48,046 nt of DNA from Candidatus Woesearchaeota archaeon (GTDB taxonomy: Archaea > Nanobdellota > Nanobdellia > Woesearchaeales > GW2011-AR9). The notes beneath the pieces are model-generated. The model did no database searches and had not been told where the DNA came from. It worked only from the letters and a program-made list of their open reading frames with translations. Below, in pieces: positions 46,836 to 48,046 of this stretch. How positions within the stretch are numbered: the first letter of the stretch is position 1; every line of letters starts with the position of its first letter. The position numbers were made by a program, and so were the translations under genes. The stretch is from the NCBI GenBank assembly GCA_018670095.1, contig JABHRR010000029.1, positions 1-48,046 of the forward strand, in the 5' to 3' direction.

Positions 46836-47858
46836 ATGATTTGTTTTATCGCTTTAATCGTATTTGGAATTATGGGAATCTTCTCAGCTACGCACAGAAA
46901 AATTGCTCTTGAAGCATTCGATTGTGTTTTCAGAAAATTAACTCTAAGAAAATGTACTACTGGCCTAGATACAAGAATCAAAAGTTCCATCACAGGTAAA
47001 TTTTTAAGAAAAAATCCACAAACCGGTAAATTAATTTACAAACACTTCGAAATCATTTCCTGGGGATTTACAATCTTATTAATAGCAAGTATGGTTTGGA
47101 CAGGTATTTCTGGATATAATTATTACGTTTACGGAAATTGTAATGGTCCTAGTGTAGAAGATCAGGGTGGATTATGTTTGTTTGATCCTACCGGCAGTAA
47201 TTCAGAAATCACTAAATGTGAAGATGATAATCTTGAAACAGAAAATAGTGAACCAACTATAGAAAATGTTGATTTATCTTTATTTCCAGTATATCAACCC
47301 AAAGAAAGTCAAGATTCTTTAGTTTACGTTGGCTGTTATACTTGCATTAACACCAGAAAAGTTAACCCTACAATTAACGAATTAGTTATTACTAATAAAG
47401 AAACTTTAGAATTTACTTTTGTTCATTTGCCATTACATAAAGAGTATGAATACATTTCCAAATTAGAAAATTGTTTATATTCAGAAAGTAAAACTGCATT
47501 TTGGAAATTCCATAATGCTTTGATGCAAATGCCTATTGCTGATTTAGATAATCAAGATAATGTTTATTCTGTCTTGGATAAGATTGAAGAAATTGATAAA
47601 GAGAAAATCATTTTTTGTTCACAAACAATTCAAGCGGAAGAATTGTTAGAGAAACAAATTTCTGAAATTAAAAAAATGAATGTTGAAGGTACACCAACAA
47701 TCTTTGTTAATGATCAAGTGTTTATTGGTCCGAAACCATTACGTGTCTATGAGAAACAGTTAAGTACAGATATTGATTGGTTTGGATATGGATTGTTAGG
47801 ATTAGGTGCTTTGATATTATTAACAATGATTTACTTCGCTGTTTTTAAGAGAGAATAG
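46836..47858 (+). CDS. Membrane-anchored DsbA/thioredoxin-fold protein
   Basis: CYTC, HLPL, FWKFHNAL, VEGTPTIFVN; N- and C-terminal TM segments. Confidence 0.78.
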   Translation: MICFIALIVFGIMGIFSATHRKIALEAFDCVFRKLTLRKCTTGLDTRIKSSITGKFLRKNPQTGKLIYKHFEIISWGFTILLIASMVWTGISGYNYYVYGNCNGPSVEDQGGLCLFDPTGSNSEITKCEDDNLETENSEPTIENVDLSLFPVYQPKESQDSLVYVGCYTCINTRKVNPTINELVITNKETLEFTFVHLPLHKEYEYISKLENCLYSESKTAFWKFHNALMQMPIADLDNQDNVYSVLDKIEEIDKEKIIFCSQTIQAEELLEKQISEIKKMNVEGTPTIFVNDQVFIGPKPLRVYEKQLSTDIDWFGYGLLGLGALILLTMIYFAVFKRE

Positions 47859-47911
47859 ATTATTTAGGATATAAAAGTTTATTAATAATAACACACTTAT
47901 TTAAGATACAA

Positions 47912-48046
47912 ATGACAGAAGAAATAGAAGTTACGGATAAAGTAGTAAAACAAACTAGAAATTTTTATATGACCGTTACAGCAGCAATAGTAGCTATAGG
48001 AGTTGGTGGACATTATGTCACAGAATACTTAGAAAGCGAAATAAAA
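47912..48046 (+). CDS. Partial ORF running off the window (TM segment)
   Basis: MTEEIEVTDKVVKQTRNFYMTVTAAIVAIGVGG... Confidence 0.55.
   Translation, partial: MTEEIEVTDKVVKQTRNFYMTVTAAIVAIGVGGHYVTEYLESEIK

Noticed and set aside
3269-46993. Other short nested or antisense ORFs (3269, 8545, 12623, 16051, 18251, 21108, 24719, 25604, 26970, 30467, 30914, 32342, 33106, 34065, 35431, 35691, 44534, 46745)
   Set aside because: Each overlaps a longer, better-supported gene in another frame or strand and has no motifs.

Overview
AT-rich, gene-dense archaeal DNA, most consistent with a DPANN (Woesearchaeota-like) genome. Supporting evidence: archaeal-type LeuRS, a BHB-intron tRNA, TATA boxes about 22-26 nt upstream of start codons, a class III signal-peptide protein and an AbrB-PhoU regulator. 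The left 15 kb is one translationally coupled minus-strand operon: an unannotated ribbon-helix-helix regulator, a MoxR-class AAA+ ATPase, 7 beta-helix (GXGXG/GltB-C/FwdC-like) paralogs, a zincin(HEXXH)-VWA fusion, and 6 more paralogs. All 13 paralogs share an N-terminal leader (MxxxLKKKSLEESLSGHTxxxIESE) but have diversified bodies, and a divergent 25-codon ORF resembles the free leader. This is the best candidate for an undescribed system. Next come secreted or surface proteins with papain-like (NlpC/P60, DUF4846-like) Cys-His domains, then housekeeping and accessory genes: tmk, rarA, a RelE TA pair, nucleotide kinases/dCMP deaminase, an ATP-grasp ligase, leuS, PUA, radical SAM, PIN, hppA, a receiver domain and a DsbA-like protein. 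A tRNA-Ile(GAT) with two introns lies at the left end. All family assignments come from motif recognition by eye; no database searches were run.
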